DNA of 64,000 bases from Nitrospinota bacterium (GCA_046581755.1 JAYGFR010000103.1:16869-80868), one strand, 5' to 3'; shown: positions 33,430-43,078, counted from the first letter of the stretch. Program-made: numbers and translations. The notes: a model not told the origin generated them from the letters alone.

Positions 33430-34214
33430 ATGCAGCGGTTTCTCAATTTATTGTCCGGCCTCTCCGATATTATTCTCCCGCGCTCGTGCCCCACATGCGG
33501 CGGCGCGCTACCCTTCGGGGGCGGCAGAGCCATATGCGAAACTTGCCTGGAGGCGCTCGAGCGGACCTTGCCCCCCTGGTGCCCCGTATGCGGAAAACCG
33601 TTCCGCTCGGAATTCACCCTCTCCTATTCCCCGGACCACCTTTGCGCCGAGTGCCGCGAATGGCCGCCGGATTTCGATGGGGCCCGCGCCCTGGGCCCCT
33701 ACGATGGCGCCCTTCGTAATCTGGTTCATCTGATCAAATACCACGGCTACACCTCCCTTGCCGCCGAGCTGGGGGTAGAACTCAGCCAGCGGGCCCGGCA
33801 GGAATTTCCCGGTGCCGCTGATGCGGGAGACGGATTGATAACGTTCGTTCCCATCGCCCGGAAACCTGGAAAGAGCGCGGCTTCGATCAGGCCCGGCTTC
33901 TCGCCCAGAGCACCGCCGGGCGCCTGGGAGTGGCATTCGCGCCCACTCTCGAGAGGAGAGCCCCCTCGGCCCCCCAGACACGCCTGACGGCCAAGCGGAG
34001 GAGAAAAATCCTGCGCGGCGTTTTCTCCTCTCTCAACCCGCCCGCCTCGGAGGGGAAACGGGTCATTTTGATCGACGATGTTCTGACAACCGGCTCGACG
34101 GCCTCGGCCTGCGCCCGGGAACTCAAAATAGCGGGTGCATTATCCGTAAGTGTCTTGACCATTTGTCTTACTGTGATAAAAGGAATTCAGAATTTAATAT
34201 TTTATTTATGCTGA
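33430..34214 (+). pseudogene. comF: ComF-family (phosphoribosyltransferase-domain competence) gene with a single-nucleotide frameshift near 33870
   Basis: Frame 1 gives a zinc-ribbon N-terminus (ILPRSCPTCGG...WCPVCGKPF...CAEC) up to VPIARKPGK. Shifted by one base, the next frame continues ERGFDQARLLAQ...VILIDDVLTTGSTASACAREL. The joined sequence VPIARKPGKERGFDQ aligns 15/15 with the canonical VPLHPRRLRERGFNQ. Confidence 0.7.
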
Positions 34215-34470
34215 GAGTTATCTTAACTGCAAGAATTTAAAATGGTTAAGTCATGCAATGCAAATAGTTAAAAAAGGTAAATATATTTAAATAAAAAAAA
34301 TACTTGAAATAATTATGGGTAAAGCGTATTTTTGAATTTATAATTTAGGGAGATTTGAGGATCTCAGGGTTTATTTAACCCCAAACAGTCCGTAATATGG
34401 TGAAGCTAGGAAATGGAGCGAGTGGCCATAGGTTCTACTACTGGACTATGCGAAACGGAAGTGGAGAACG
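34215..34470. promoter_or_regulatory. AT-rich (~30% GC) 250-bp intergenic region with candidate promoters upstream of the cI-like regulator
   Basis: The composition contrasts sharply with the ~68% GC flanks. One candidate is TTGAAA-17nt-TATTTT. A second element, TTGAAT...TATAAT, has wrong -35/-10 spacing. Confidence 0.3.
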
Positions 34471-35229
34471 ATGAAATTACGCCTCGAAAAACCCAGAAGA
34501 GAAGCGATCGGAGCCCGGCTCAGGGAGATTCGGCTCTTCAATAAACTCGAGCAAACCGAGCTTGCCGATCGTGCGGGCCTTTCTCAGGCCATCATCAGCC
34601 AGTACGAAAAAGGTCTCACCGAAATCAGTCTCTCGTTCATCAAGTTCCTGGCCGATAACTTCAACATCTCGGGCGATTGGCTCATTTTCGGCACCGGCGA
34701 GTCGCCCCACGAGCAATCCCAAAAAGAAATCGAGCTCCGCCTCCCGAAAAGCCTCGGCGGCGCCTCCGTGAAAGGAAGAAAAAAGTCGGGATTTTTCGGC
34801 ATCCCCATCGTGGACCCCAAATCAGCCGCCAGGCCCGGCAAGGTCCAGAATGAGCAGATCCAGGATTGGGAAATCGTCCGGCTTCAAGAGGCCACGGGCC
34901 GCAACAACCTCGTCGCCCTGGAGGTGAGGGGTGACTGGGTGAAAAACATGGACGCCCCCTTCCGGGCGGGCGGACGCATCGTCATCGATCGCGATGATAA
35001 GAAAGTGCGCCACGACGCCTTTTACGCCGTGAACAAGGCCATCAAGAAAAAAGCCCCGCGCGACGCCAGCATCACCGGAATCCGCCGCCTCAGCATGAGC
35101 GGCTCCCGGCTCTGGTTCGTCGAGGATCGCCCCGGCAAGGAATTCGAATTCATGGACCTCAAGGCCAGCGACCGGATCGAAAACATCATCATCGGCCGGG
35201 TCATCTGGGTCTGGCAAAAGATGATCTAG
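34471..35229 (+). CDS. XRE-family HTH + LexA/cI-like (S24) C-terminal domain regulator, predicted non-cleaving
   Basis: The N-terminal HTH reads LEQTELADRAGLSQAIISQYEKG. The C-terminus has an S24-like fold, but GDW (ALEVRGDWVKNMD) stands where the catalytic GDSM is expected. Confidence 0.6.
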   Translation: MKLRLEKPRREAIGARLREIRLFNKLEQTELADRAGLSQAIISQYEKGLTEISLSFIKFLADNFNISGDWLIFGTGESPHEQSQKEIELRLPKSLGGASVKGRKKSGFFGIPIVDPKSAARPGKVQNEQIQDWEIVRLQEATGRNNLVALEVRGDWVKNMDAPFRAGGRIVIDRDDKKVRHDAFYAVNKAIKKKAPRDASITGIRRLSMSGSRLWFVEDRPGKEFEFMDLKASDRIENIIIGRVIWVWQKMI

Positions 35230-35295
35230 CCCCGCTGCCGATCGGATACCGCTAGCCGGCTCCCCCGGGGGGGCCGGCTATTTTTTTCGGGCCCT

Positions 35296-36345
35296 TCATT
35301 TCATTACACCGGTCATGCGGCGGCGGGCCATCCGCGCGGCGAAGACCACGGCGTCCACCATGCTCGACGCATCGGCCATCCCCCGGCCGGCGATATCGAA
35401 TCCCGTTCCGTGCTCGACCGAGGTGCGGATGATGGGCAGCCCCAGCGTCACGTTCACTCCCCGCACGTTGCCGCCCCCCTTCCCGCCGAACCGGAACGCC
35501 ATCATCTTCCCGGCAATGTGTCCCTGGTCGTGGTACATGGCCACCACCCCATCGAACTGCCCGCCCCTGAGCTTGGCGAAGACCGTATCGGGCGCCTCGG
35601 GGCCGAAGGCGGCGATGCCCTCTCGACGCAAATCCTCGACGGCGGGCGCGATCTCGCAGACCTCCTCGGAGCCGAAAAGGCCGTTTTCCCCCGCATGGGG
35701 ATTCAGCCCCGCCACGGCGATCCGCGGCGGCCGCCCGTCGAGGGCCTCGAGTGTCTCCGCCAAAAGCCGTCCCGCATGGACGATGCGCCGGCGCTTCACG
35801 AGGCGGAGCGCCTCCCGGAGGGAGCAATGCGTCGAAATGTGGACGATGCGGATTTTCCCGTGGGCGAGCATCATCACCGGGCGCGCGCGCCCCAGGATAT
35901 GAGCCAGCATCTCCGTGTGTCCGGGAAAGGGATAGCCCCCCGCCTGGAGCGCCTCCTTATGAATCGGTCCGGTCGCCATTCCCGCTGCCCGGCCCTCCTG
36001 AATCTGGCGGACGGCCTCCTCGATGTAGCCCGCCGCCGCGCGGCCGAGGCTGGCCCGTATCCTGCCGAACACCCGATCGCGCGCCGCAACGTTCGCCAGA
36101 TCGAGCACGGCGGTGGCCCCCGCCGATTTTCCGGCAAGATCGTCCAACTCATCGGGCGAGACCGGAACCAGCCTGCCCGGCAGGCGCATTTTTCGCGCGT
36201 GGTGCCTGAGCACCTTCAGATCACCCACGATCAGCGGGAGGCACGCCCTCCGGACGCGGGGCGACTGGACCGCCTTGAGGCACACCTCGGGCCCGACCCC
36301 GGAGGGGTCTCCCATCGTCATCGCCACCACCGGAAACTTTTTCAT
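35296..36345 (-). CDS. pdxA: 4-hydroxythreonine-4-phosphate dehydrogenase
   Basis: The sequence reads MKKFPVVAMTMGDPSGVGPEVCLKA...GPIHKEA...HISTHCSLREA...GLNPHAGENGLFG...AMYHDQGHI. Confidence 0.9.
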   Translation of the reverse strand: MKKFPVVAMTMGDPSGVGPEVCLKAVQSPRVRRACLPLIVGDLKVLRHHARKMRLPGRLVPVSPDELDDLAGKSAGATAVLDLANVAARDRVFGRIRASLGRAAAGYIEEAVRQIQEGRAAGMATGPIHKEALQAGGYPFPGHTEMLAHILGRARPVMMLAHGKIRIVHISTHCSLREALRLVKRRRIVHAGRLLAETLEALDGRPPRIAVAGLNPHAGENGLFGSEEVCEIAPAVEDLRREGIAAFGPEAPDTVFAKLRGGQFDGVVAMYHDQGHIAGKMMAFRFGGKGGGNVRGVNVTLGLPIIRTSVEHGTGFDIAGRGMADASSMVDAVVFAARMARRRMTGVMK

Positions 36346-36497
36346 CCGCTCCCCTCATCGCGCGCCGGGCGCGGCCCCGGGCGCAAAACACATCCGCGCG
36401 GCCGATGGCCGCGCTCTCGTTGACATCCTTATACCCCAGGCACCACGATAGTTGGACCGGCACGCCCATTCATACATTCGATTTTAAGGAGAACCCC

Positions 36498-37007
36498 TTG
36501 TCCAAAAACGGCGCAAGCGCCTCCAAGACGCTGGCCGCGCTCAAATCCCTCGGCTTCACTCATGTCCTCGCCATTCCAGACTCCGAGAGCGCACTCCTCT
36601 ACACGGCCATCGAGAAAGACCCGGACATCGACCTCATCCTCCCCACCCGCGAGGGGGAATCCATCGCCATCGCGGCCGGCCTCTGGACCGGAGGCCGGAA
36701 ACCCCTCGTCCTGATCCAGAACACGGGCTTCATGGAGGCCGGAGATGCCCTGCGCGGCTGCGGCCTGGGCCCCCGGGTGCCGCTTCGCCTCATGGTCGGC
36801 TGGCGCGGCTACGGCGGCGCCATGGCCGGGAAAAAGCCCACCGACTCGGCTTACACATACACCGAGCCGCTCCTGAAGGCATGGGGGATTCCCACCTGGC
36901 ATCTCATGTGCGACGACGACCTCCCGGCGATCGAGCAGATGGACCGCACGGCGGAGGAGACCTCCCTCCCCGCCGCCGTCATCACCGGCTACGCCTTCAC
37001 CGAATAA
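36498..37007 (+). CDS. sulfopyruvate / phosphonopyruvate decarboxylase alpha subunit-like (TPP enzyme N-terminal domain)
   Basis: A TTG start is proposed 6 nt after an AAGGAGA ribosome-binding site. The sequence LSKNGASASKTLAALKSLGFTHVLAIPDSESALLY...LIQNTGFMEAGDAL fits the ComD-like family. Confidence 0.65.
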   Translation: MSKNGASASKTLAALKSLGFTHVLAIPDSESALLYTAIEKDPDIDLILPTREGESIAIAAGLWTGGRKPLVLIQNTGFMEAGDALRGCGLGPRVPLRLMVGWRGYGGAMAGKKPTDSAYTYTEPLLKAWGIPTWHLMCDDDLPAIEQMDRTAEETSLPAAVITGYAFTE

Positions 37008-37021
37008 GCGAGAAAAAAACC

Positions 37022-37615
37022 ATGATCGAACGAATGGACCTGTTCCGCGCCGTCCACGCCCGGCGGACCGACGAAATCGCCGTCCTCACCATGGCGGCCA
37101 CGCTCCAATACCCCCTCGTCTCCGACCACGAACTCGACTTCGACTTCCTCGCCTTCGGCATGGGCCATGCCGGCGACTTCGCGCTGGGCCTCGCCCTGGC
37201 CCGGCCCGAGCGCAAGACCATCGTATTCAAGGGGGACGGGGGACAACTGATGAGCCTGGGATCGCTCGTGACGCTGGGGCGCTACGCGCCGGGGAACCTG
37301 CTCGTCCTATTTCTCGAAAACCGGGTCTACGAGCAGACGGGCTCCCAGCCCTTCTCCGATCGCGTGGACTTCGACACCCTCGCGCGCGGGGCGGGCATCC
37401 AGGGCGGCGGCGCCACCGGCAAGGGGAAAATCGAGCGAATCGAAACCATCGAAACCTTCGAGGAGGCCCTGCATCGCCTGCTCACCGAGGAAGGCCCCCA
37501 CTTTGTCATCTGCCCGGTCGAGAACTACGAGCACGTCCCGCCGACCAGCCACACCGACCACGCGGGACGGATCCGGAACCTGAGAAAGGGCCTCGGACTG
37601 CCCGTGCCCAATTGA
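37022..37615 (+). CDS. sulfopyruvate / phosphonopyruvate decarboxylase beta subunit-like (TPP-binding C-terminal domain)
   Basis: The sequence begins MIERMDLFRAVHARRTDEIAVLTMAATLQ and includes GMGHAGDFALGLALARPERKTIVFKGDGGQLMSLGSL. This TPP-binding GDG region fits the ComE-like family. Confidence 0.65.
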   Translation: MIERMDLFRAVHARRTDEIAVLTMAATLQYPLVSDHELDFDFLAFGMGHAGDFALGLALARPERKTIVFKGDGGQLMSLGSLVTLGRYAPGNLLVLFLENRVYEQTGSQPFSDRVDFDTLARGAGIQGGGATGKGKIERIETIETFEEALHRLLTEEGPHFVICPVENYEHVPPTSHTDHAGRIRNLRKGLGLPVPN

Positions 37616-37707
37616 CCTTTTTTCCCAACCGCCCCATCCGCCAGAGCCGCCCGAACCGCCAGAGCCGCCTCAACTGTTCGAACCGCGGCCCTTCAACCGC
37701 AAAGCGC

Positions 37708-37742
37708 AAAAACCCTCCCCCGGCCATCCACCGGGGAGGACT
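37708..37742 (-). terminator. candidate intrinsic terminator downstream of the minus-strand quinone oxidoreductase gene
   Basis: A roughly 9-bp GC stem (cctccccgg / ccggggagg) with a 7-nt loop is followed on the minus strand by GUUUUUG. Confidence 0.35.
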
Positions 37743-37795
37743 ATCGCTGGATAAATGAAAACCAAACGGGAATGCGGGAAAATTCGCATTTCCCC

Positions 37796-38770
37796 CTACA
37801 CGTTCAACACCACCTTCCCCAAAAATTTTCCGCTCAGGACCAGTTCGTGCGAATCGTTGGCCTCATCGAGCGGAAGCTCGCGGCCGATATGAGGGTGGAT
37901 GTCCCCCCGCTCGAGGAGGGGCCTCAGATGAAGGAGGGCCTTGGGGATATGCGGGGCCATGTTGGCCGAGGAGATTCCCATCATCCGCGCGTCCCGGCTC
38001 ATGGCCGGGCGGAGCGAGATCGTCACCTCCGAGCCCTTCCCCGTGCCCCCGCCGACGATGACGATGCGCCCGTTCAGGGCGAGGAGTTCGAGGTCGCCGG
38101 CCAGATTGTCGCTGGCGGCGGTTTCGACCACCACGTCCGCCCCCCGCCCGGCGGTCACCTCCTTCACCCGCTCGGGAACGTTGCTCTCCCGGTAGTTGAT
38201 CACCTCCTCGGCGCCCGCCTCCCGGCAAAAATCGGCCTTTTCCTCCGAACTCACCGTCGCCAGCACGCGGCAGCCCATGTGCCGGGCCAGCTGAATCGCC
38301 AGATGGCCGACGCCACCCGCGCCGCCCTGGACGAGCACCGTCTCGCCAAGCCCCGCTTCGCCCTTGATCACCAGAGCGTTCCAGGCCGTGAGGAGGGGAA
38401 TCGGCAGGCAGGCTCCCTCTTCGGAGGTCAGGCTGTCCGGAAGGATTCCGGTCGCCGCCGCCGAGAGGACGCCCTTTTCGGCGTACCCCCCGGTCAGGGA
38501 GCGGCCCCACACCCGGTCCCCGGCCTTGATGGCGTCCACGCCCTCGCCCACGGTCTCCACCTCGCCCGAAACGTCTGTACCGCAAACCATGGGGAGCTGC
38601 ATCATCTTCGAGCGTGGATGATTGCCCGAGCGAATCGAAATTTCGAGCGGGTTGACCCCCGCCGCGCGAACGCGCACCACCACCTGCCCCGGCCCCGCCT
38701 GGGGGGCAGACAGGTCCTCCACCACCATGGGGGTATCGAGTCCGAGCTTATGAACGCTGACCGCTTTCAT
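37796..38770 (-). CDS. zinc-binding NADPH:quinone oxidoreductase (MDR family)
   Basis: The sequence reads MKAVSVHKLGLDTPMVVEDLSAPQAGPGQVVVRVRAAGVNPLEISIRSG and has a Rossmann motif (VLVQGGAGGVGHLAIQLA). Confidence 0.85.
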   Translation of the reverse strand: MKAVSVHKLGLDTPMVVEDLSAPQAGPGQVVVRVRAAGVNPLEISIRSGNHPRSKMMQLPMVCGTDVSGEVETVGEGVDAIKAGDRVWGRSLTGGYAEKGVLSAAATGILPDSLTSEEGACLPIPLLTAWNALVIKGEAGLGETVLVQGGAGGVGHLAIQLARHMGCRVLATVSSEEKADFCREAGAEEVINYRESNVPERVKEVTAGRGADVVVETAASDNLAGDLELLALNGRIVIVGGGTGKGSEVTISLRPAMSRDARMMGISSANMAPHIPKALLHLRPLLERGDIHPHIGRELPLDEANDSHELVLSGKFLGKVVLNV

Positions 38771-39741
38771 GGCGTGAGCACCACCTTTCCGATAAATTTT
38801 CCACTTAACACGACATCGTGCGCCTTGTTGGCCGATTCCATCGGCAGCGCCCGGTCGATGTGGATCTTGAGCGTCCCCTCGCGGAGAACCGGCGTGAAGC
38901 GCCGGATCAGTTCGCCCATCTTGGGGATGAGGTTCACCACCGCGAGGCCGAGCACCCGCGCGTCCTTGGTCATCACCGAGGGCACCCGAAAATCCGTCAT
39001 GGGTCCTATTCCGGTTCCGGTGCCGATGACGATGACGCGCCCATCGATGCAGATGGCATCGAGATCCTTGTCGAAATTATCGCAAGCGGCGAGTTCGACG
39101 ATGACATCCACCCCGCGCCCGCCGGTGAGTTCCATGCACCGCTCGGCGAAATTCTCCTCGCGGTAGTTGATCGTCTCATCGGCGCCGAGGCTCCGGCAAT
39201 AATCCGCCTTCTCTCCGGAACTCACCGTCGCGAACACCCGGCAGCCCATCCGCTTGGCGATCTGAATCGCGGCGCTGCCGACGCCCCCGGCCCCGCCCTG
39301 GACGAGAACCGTCTCGCCGGGCCCTGCCTCAGCCTTGATCACCAGGGCGTTCCAGGCCGTGTAGAAGGGAACCGTGATGCCCGCGCCCTCCTCGTAGCTG
39401 TAAGCCTCGGGAAGCTCGGCGGCCCCATCCGCCGGGAGGCGCACCAGTTCCGCGTAGCCGCCCCCCATCGCCCGCCCGTAGACGCGCTGGCCCACCTCGA
39501 AGCCCTCCACACCCTCGCCGATGGCCACCACCTCGCCCGCCGCCTCGGCGCCCGGGACGTAGGGGGGCGTCACCATCTTCGCATAGGGGTGCTTGTTCGC
39601 CCGGATGGCGATGTCCACCGGGTTGACACCCATCGCTCCCGCCCGGATCAGAAGCTCTCCCGGCTGGGCTGCGGCGTCCTCGATTTCCTCTTCCTGCATC
39701 GGAACGGATAGATCAAACTTGTGTACGCGAACCGCTTTCAT
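38767..39741 (-). CDS. zinc-binding NADPH:quinone oxidoreductase (MDR family), tandem paralog
   Basis: The sequence reads MKAVRVHKFDLSVPMQEEEIEDAAAQPGELLIRAGAMGVNPVDIAIRAN...VLVQGGAGGVGSAAIQIA. Its stop overlaps the downstream paralog by 4 nt. Confidence 0.85.
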   Translation of the reverse strand: MKAVRVHKFDLSVPMQEEEIEDAAAQPGELLIRAGAMGVNPVDIAIRANKHPYAKMVTPPYVPGAEAAGEVVAIGEGVEGFEVGQRVYGRAMGGGYAELVRLPADGAAELPEAYSYEEGAGITVPFYTAWNALVIKAEAGPGETVLVQGGAGGVGSAAIQIAKRMGCRVFATVSSGEKADYCRSLGADETINYREENFAERCMELTGGRGVDVIVELAACDNFDKDLDAICIDGRVIVIGTGTGIGPMTDFRVPSVMTKDARVLGLAVVNLIPKMGELIRRFTPVLREGTLKIHIDRALPMESANKAHDVVLSGKFIGKVVLTP

Positions 39742-39801
39742 GGCATCCCTTTCAGGTTGAATAAATGACGAATTGACGCGAATGAACCCCCCGACCCCGG
39801 A

Positions 39802-40857
39802 TTATTTTTTTTTGGGTGAAACCGGGAATCTGTCGACCATATATTCTTCGCTATCGATGAGATGCACAAGGTCCGCCGCCGCCTTGCGCACCCGCCGCAT
39901 CAGGGGCGAGCCCAGGTCCGGCTTGACGGCGACCCGCTCGGCGCCCCGCCGCGCCGCCTCCTTGTCGCCCAGCCGGTAGTCGCATCGCGCGATGCGCCAT
40001 TCGGCGTAATTCGCATAAAACCCCTCGACCCTGCCCTCGATGTGCCGGAAGCGCCCGCGCAGCCTCCGGAACATCGCCCTTGCGCGCTTGTATTTTTTTT
40101 GAACGAAATACCCCTCCGCATGGGCGAAGCGGTAGTGGGGCTGATCGGGATAGTCCCCGATGAGCCCGGCGAGGACGGCGCGGGCATCGGCGAATTTGTT
40201 GTCCGCATAAAATGCGTAGACTAGCTCGATCCGCGCCAGGTCCCGGAGCCATCTGCCGCCCCTGGCAACCCGGCGCATGTAGCGAATCCCGGTATCGCCC
40301 GTGTCGCCGAGCAGCGGGGCCAGGTCGCGGAGCCATTTGGCCCGGCTACGCCAGAAATAATAGAGGCCCAGCCCGTAGTAGGCGTCCTCGAGCTTTGGGT
40401 TCAGGGCGATCGCCCGCTCGAGATAGCGCTTGGTTTTCAGGCTCCTTATGAGCGCCCGGACGTAGCTCTTCCGCCGGGAAGCCGCCAGCGCCCGCATTCC
40501 GGCTGCCAGACCCCCGAGAAGATAGGCCTCGGCATCCTTCGGGGCCGCCTTGATCCGTTCCTCGGCGAGGGCGGCCGCCCGCGCGGCGTTTTTCTCGAAT
40601 CCCTCCCGGAAGGGCGGATCCTCAAAATGCCCGGCCAGGATGCTGTAGACCGAGGCGAGGAAAAAATAGCCCCTGGGATCGCCGGGCGCTTTTTTCACCA
40701 CGCCCTCGAACTCGCGCAGGGCCTCCTCGTAGCCGCCGGCGGCGGTGGCCCGGAGGCCCCGCCGGATGCCGGCTTCGAGAGGAGAAGCCGCCCGGGCCGG
40801 CGCGGGCGCGGCGATGACCAAAAAAATAGCAGTGGCGAACCCAGCGGCTCGGCGCAA
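39802..40857 (-). CDS. secreted TPR-like repeat protein (hypothetical)
   Basis: It has a signal peptide (MRRAAGFATAIFLVIAAPAPARA) and Ala/Arg-rich TPR-like helices (AYYGLGLYYFWRS...). Confidence 0.55.
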   Translation of the reverse strand: MRRAAGFATAIFLVIAAPAPARAASPLEAGIRRGLRATAAGGYEEALREFEGVVKKAPGDPRGYFFLASVYSILAGHFEDPPFREGFEKNAARAAALAEERIKAAPKDAEAYLLGGLAAGMRALAASRRKSYVRALIRSLKTKRYLERAIALNPKLEDAYYGLGLYYFWRSRAKWLRDLAPLLGDTGDTGIRYMRRVARGGRWLRDLARIELVYAFYADNKFADARAVLAGLIGDYPDQPHYRFAHAEGYFVQKKYKRARAMFRRLRGRFRHIEGRVEGFYANYAEWRIARCDYRLGDKEAARRGAERVAVKPDLGSPLMRRVRKAAADLVHLIDSEEYMVDRFPVSPKKK

Positions 40858-40963
40858 TGGATTTTCTCCTTATAAAGACACGCTACCAAAGCCCCGCGCC
40901 CGCTATCAACATCGCGTCCCGGCCCCGGCGCCTCCCGGAATGGCCCCAGGAGAAAATCCACCG

Positions 40964-41015
40964 GGGGCACATCCAGCGAGGGCACATCCAGCGGGAGCCC
41001 CCTCGCTGGATGCCC
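40964..41015. promoter_or_regulatory. direct + inverted repeat cluster in the divergent TPR / cca intergenic region (candidate operator)
   Basis: The direct repeats are ggcacatccagcgagg (40965-40980) and gcacatccagcgggag (40981-40996). An inverted copy, ccctcgctggatgccc, follows at 40999-41014. Confidence 0.3.
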
Positions 41016-41079
41016 AAGATTCCGCTATCTTCCCTGGGAGCGGGAGAGCCCTCCCGCCGGACAGGAGCGAGGCGGTGAC

Positions 41080-42405
41080 ATGCCGGAAACCGGCCCCCCC
41101 GAGGGGGCGCTGCACATTATCAACGCGCTGCGCGGGCGCGGCCATCGGGCGCTCCTGGCGGGCGGTTGCGTCCGCGACCGGGCGATGGGCCGTGCGCCGA
41201 CGGACTGGGACATCGCCTCCGGGGCGGACCCCGGTGAGGTCGCCCGCCTCTTCGAGCGCACCGAGGCCGTGGGCGCGAAGTTCGGGGTCGTCCTCGTCAT
41301 CCTGCCCGACGGGGAGTATGAGGTCGCCCAGTTCCGCACCGAGGAGGCCTACCTCGACGGTCGCCACCCGAGCGCCGTTCATCCCGCCGGGGAGGAAGAG
41401 GACGCCCGGCGGCGCGATTTTTCGATCAACGGCATGTTCCTCGACCCGGTCGAGGGAAAGATCATCGACTACGTCGGAGGGCAAGAGGACATCGATAGGC
41501 GCTTGATCCGGGCCATCGGCGATCCCGCCCGGCGCTTCGAGGAGGACCACTTGCGCCTCCTGCGCGCGGTGCGGTTCGCGGCGCGGTTCGACTACGCCAT
41601 CGAGGAGGAAACCCTCGCTGCCGTCAAAAAGCTCGTCCCCCGCATCCGGCGCACGAGCGCCGAGCGCGTGCGCGCCGAACTCACGATGATGCTCACCGGC
41701 CCCCATCCGGAGCGCGCCTTCGAGCTGCTCCGGGAAACCGGCCTCCTTCGGGAGGTATTGCCCGAGGCGGCCGAGATGGAGGGCGTGGAGCAGCCGCCCC
41801 AGTTTCACCCCGAGGGCGACGTATGGACCCACGTCATGATGGTTCTCGCCCAGCTTCGCGATCCGGGCCCCGCCCTCGCCTGGGCCGCGCTCCTGCACGA
41901 TGTGGGAAAACCCGCGACCTACGCCGTGACCGACCGGATCCGCTTCAACGGCCATGCGGCGGCGGGCGCGCGGATTTCGGAGGAGATTTGCGAGCGCCTG
42001 AAAATACCGGGCGAGACGGCGGAGCGAATCCGCGATATCGTCAGGGACCACATGAAGTTCATGAACGTCCGGAAAATGCGCGAGTCCACCCTGAAGCGCT
42101 TCCTGCGGGAGCCACACTTTTCTGAACTCCTGGAGCTCCACCGGATCGACTGCCTGGCAAGCCACGGAAATCTCGCCACGCGCGATTTTTGCCTGGAAAA
42201 ACGGGCCGGGATAACCGAGGAAGACCTCCGCCCCGCACGAATTCTGGACGGCCACGATCTGGCCGCGATGGGATTCGAGCCGGGTCCGCCCTTCGGGGAG
42301 ATATTAAGGGCTGTCGAGGACGAACAACTCGAGGGCCGGGTGCGGACGAGGGAGGCGGCCGAGGCGTTCGTGAACGAGCGCTTCGGCGCGCTGCGGAGTG
42401 GATAG
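41080..42405 (+). CDS. cca: CCA-adding tRNA nucleotidyltransferase with HD domain
   Basis: It has a Pol-beta-like NTase head (LLAGGCVRDRAMGRAPTDWDIAS) and an HD domain (LHDVGKPAT...GHAAAGARI). Confidence 0.85.
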   Translation: MPETGPPEGALHIINALRGRGHRALLAGGCVRDRAMGRAPTDWDIASGADPGEVARLFERTEAVGAKFGVVLVILPDGEYEVAQFRTEEAYLDGRHPSAVHPAGEEEDARRRDFSINGMFLDPVEGKIIDYVGGQEDIDRRLIRAIGDPARRFEEDHLRLLRAVRFAARFDYAIEEETLAAVKKLVPRIRRTSAERVRAELTMMLTGPHPERAFELLRETGLLREVLPEAAEMEGVEQPPQFHPEGDVWTHVMMVLAQLRDPGPALAWAALLHDVGKPATYAVTDRIRFNGHAAAGARISEEICERLKIPGETAERIRDIVRDHMKFMNVRKMRESTLKRFLREPHFSELLELHRIDCLASHGNLATRDFCLEKRAGITEEDLRPARILDGHDLAAMGFEPGPPFGEILRAVEDEQLEGRVRTREAAEAFVNERFGALRSG

Positions 42406-42482
42406 GGACCGCACCCGATTTTGCGGGACCTGACTTTTGCAGGCCGTTTTTTTTCAAGGCCCGTGTTTTTTAGGAGACTCCG

Positions 42483-43034
42483 GTGAACGGCGAGCGGAAC
42501 GGAGGCACCATTCTCATGAGGGAGCGAGAGCTCGAACTGGCTCTCCGCCGGATGGCCTCTGAGATCGCCGAAATTTGCGCGGGCGATCCGCATCTGGCCC
42601 TCATCGGGGTGCGCACGCGCGGAGAACCCCTCGCCCAGCGGCTGGCCCGCTTGGTCGAGGAGATGGAGGAGATCGAGCCGCCCGTGGGCACGCTCGACAT
42701 CGGAATCCACCGGGACGACGTGGACCACCCCGGCGGGGGAAGAATTTTCGGCCCCACCGAGATCGGCTTTGACCTCGCCGAGCGGCAGATCGTCCTGGTG
42801 GACGATGTATTCTTCACCGGGCGCACGGTCCGCGCCGCCCTCGATGCGCTGGCCGAAATCGGGCGGCCGCGCCGGGTATGGCTCGCTGTCCTGATCGACC
42901 GGGGGCACCGCGAGCTTCCCTTCCGGCCCGATTTCACCGGAAAAAACGTACCCACCGCCACCGCCGAGCGAGTCAACGTCCGCCTCCGGGAGGTGGACGG
43001 CGAGGACGGCGTATGGCTGGTCAGGCCCGCCTGA
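42483..43034 (+). CDS. pyrR: PyrR-family protein (second paralog; regulator / uracil phosphoribosyltransferase)
   Basis: The sequence reads LELALRRMASEIAEICAGDPHLALIGVRTRGEPLAQRL...[21 protein letters not shown]. Confidence 0.8.
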   Translation: MNGERNGGTILMRERELELALRRMASEIAEICAGDPHLALIGVRTRGEPLAQRLARLVEEMEEIEPPVGTLDIGIHRDDVDHPGGGRIFGPTEIGFDLAERQIVLVDDVFFTGRTVRAALDALAEIGRPRRVWLAVLIDRGHRELPFRPDFTGKNVPTATAERVNVRLREVDGEDGVWLVRPA

Positions 43035-43078
43035 GGGGCGGCGCATTTCTTTCGGCCTCATAGCGAACGGAGAAAATC

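Noticed and set aside
42406-42482. Possible terminator or PyrR-binding hairpin upstream of the second pyrR
   Set aside because: No clean stem precedes the T-run, and the PyrR loop motif is not evident.
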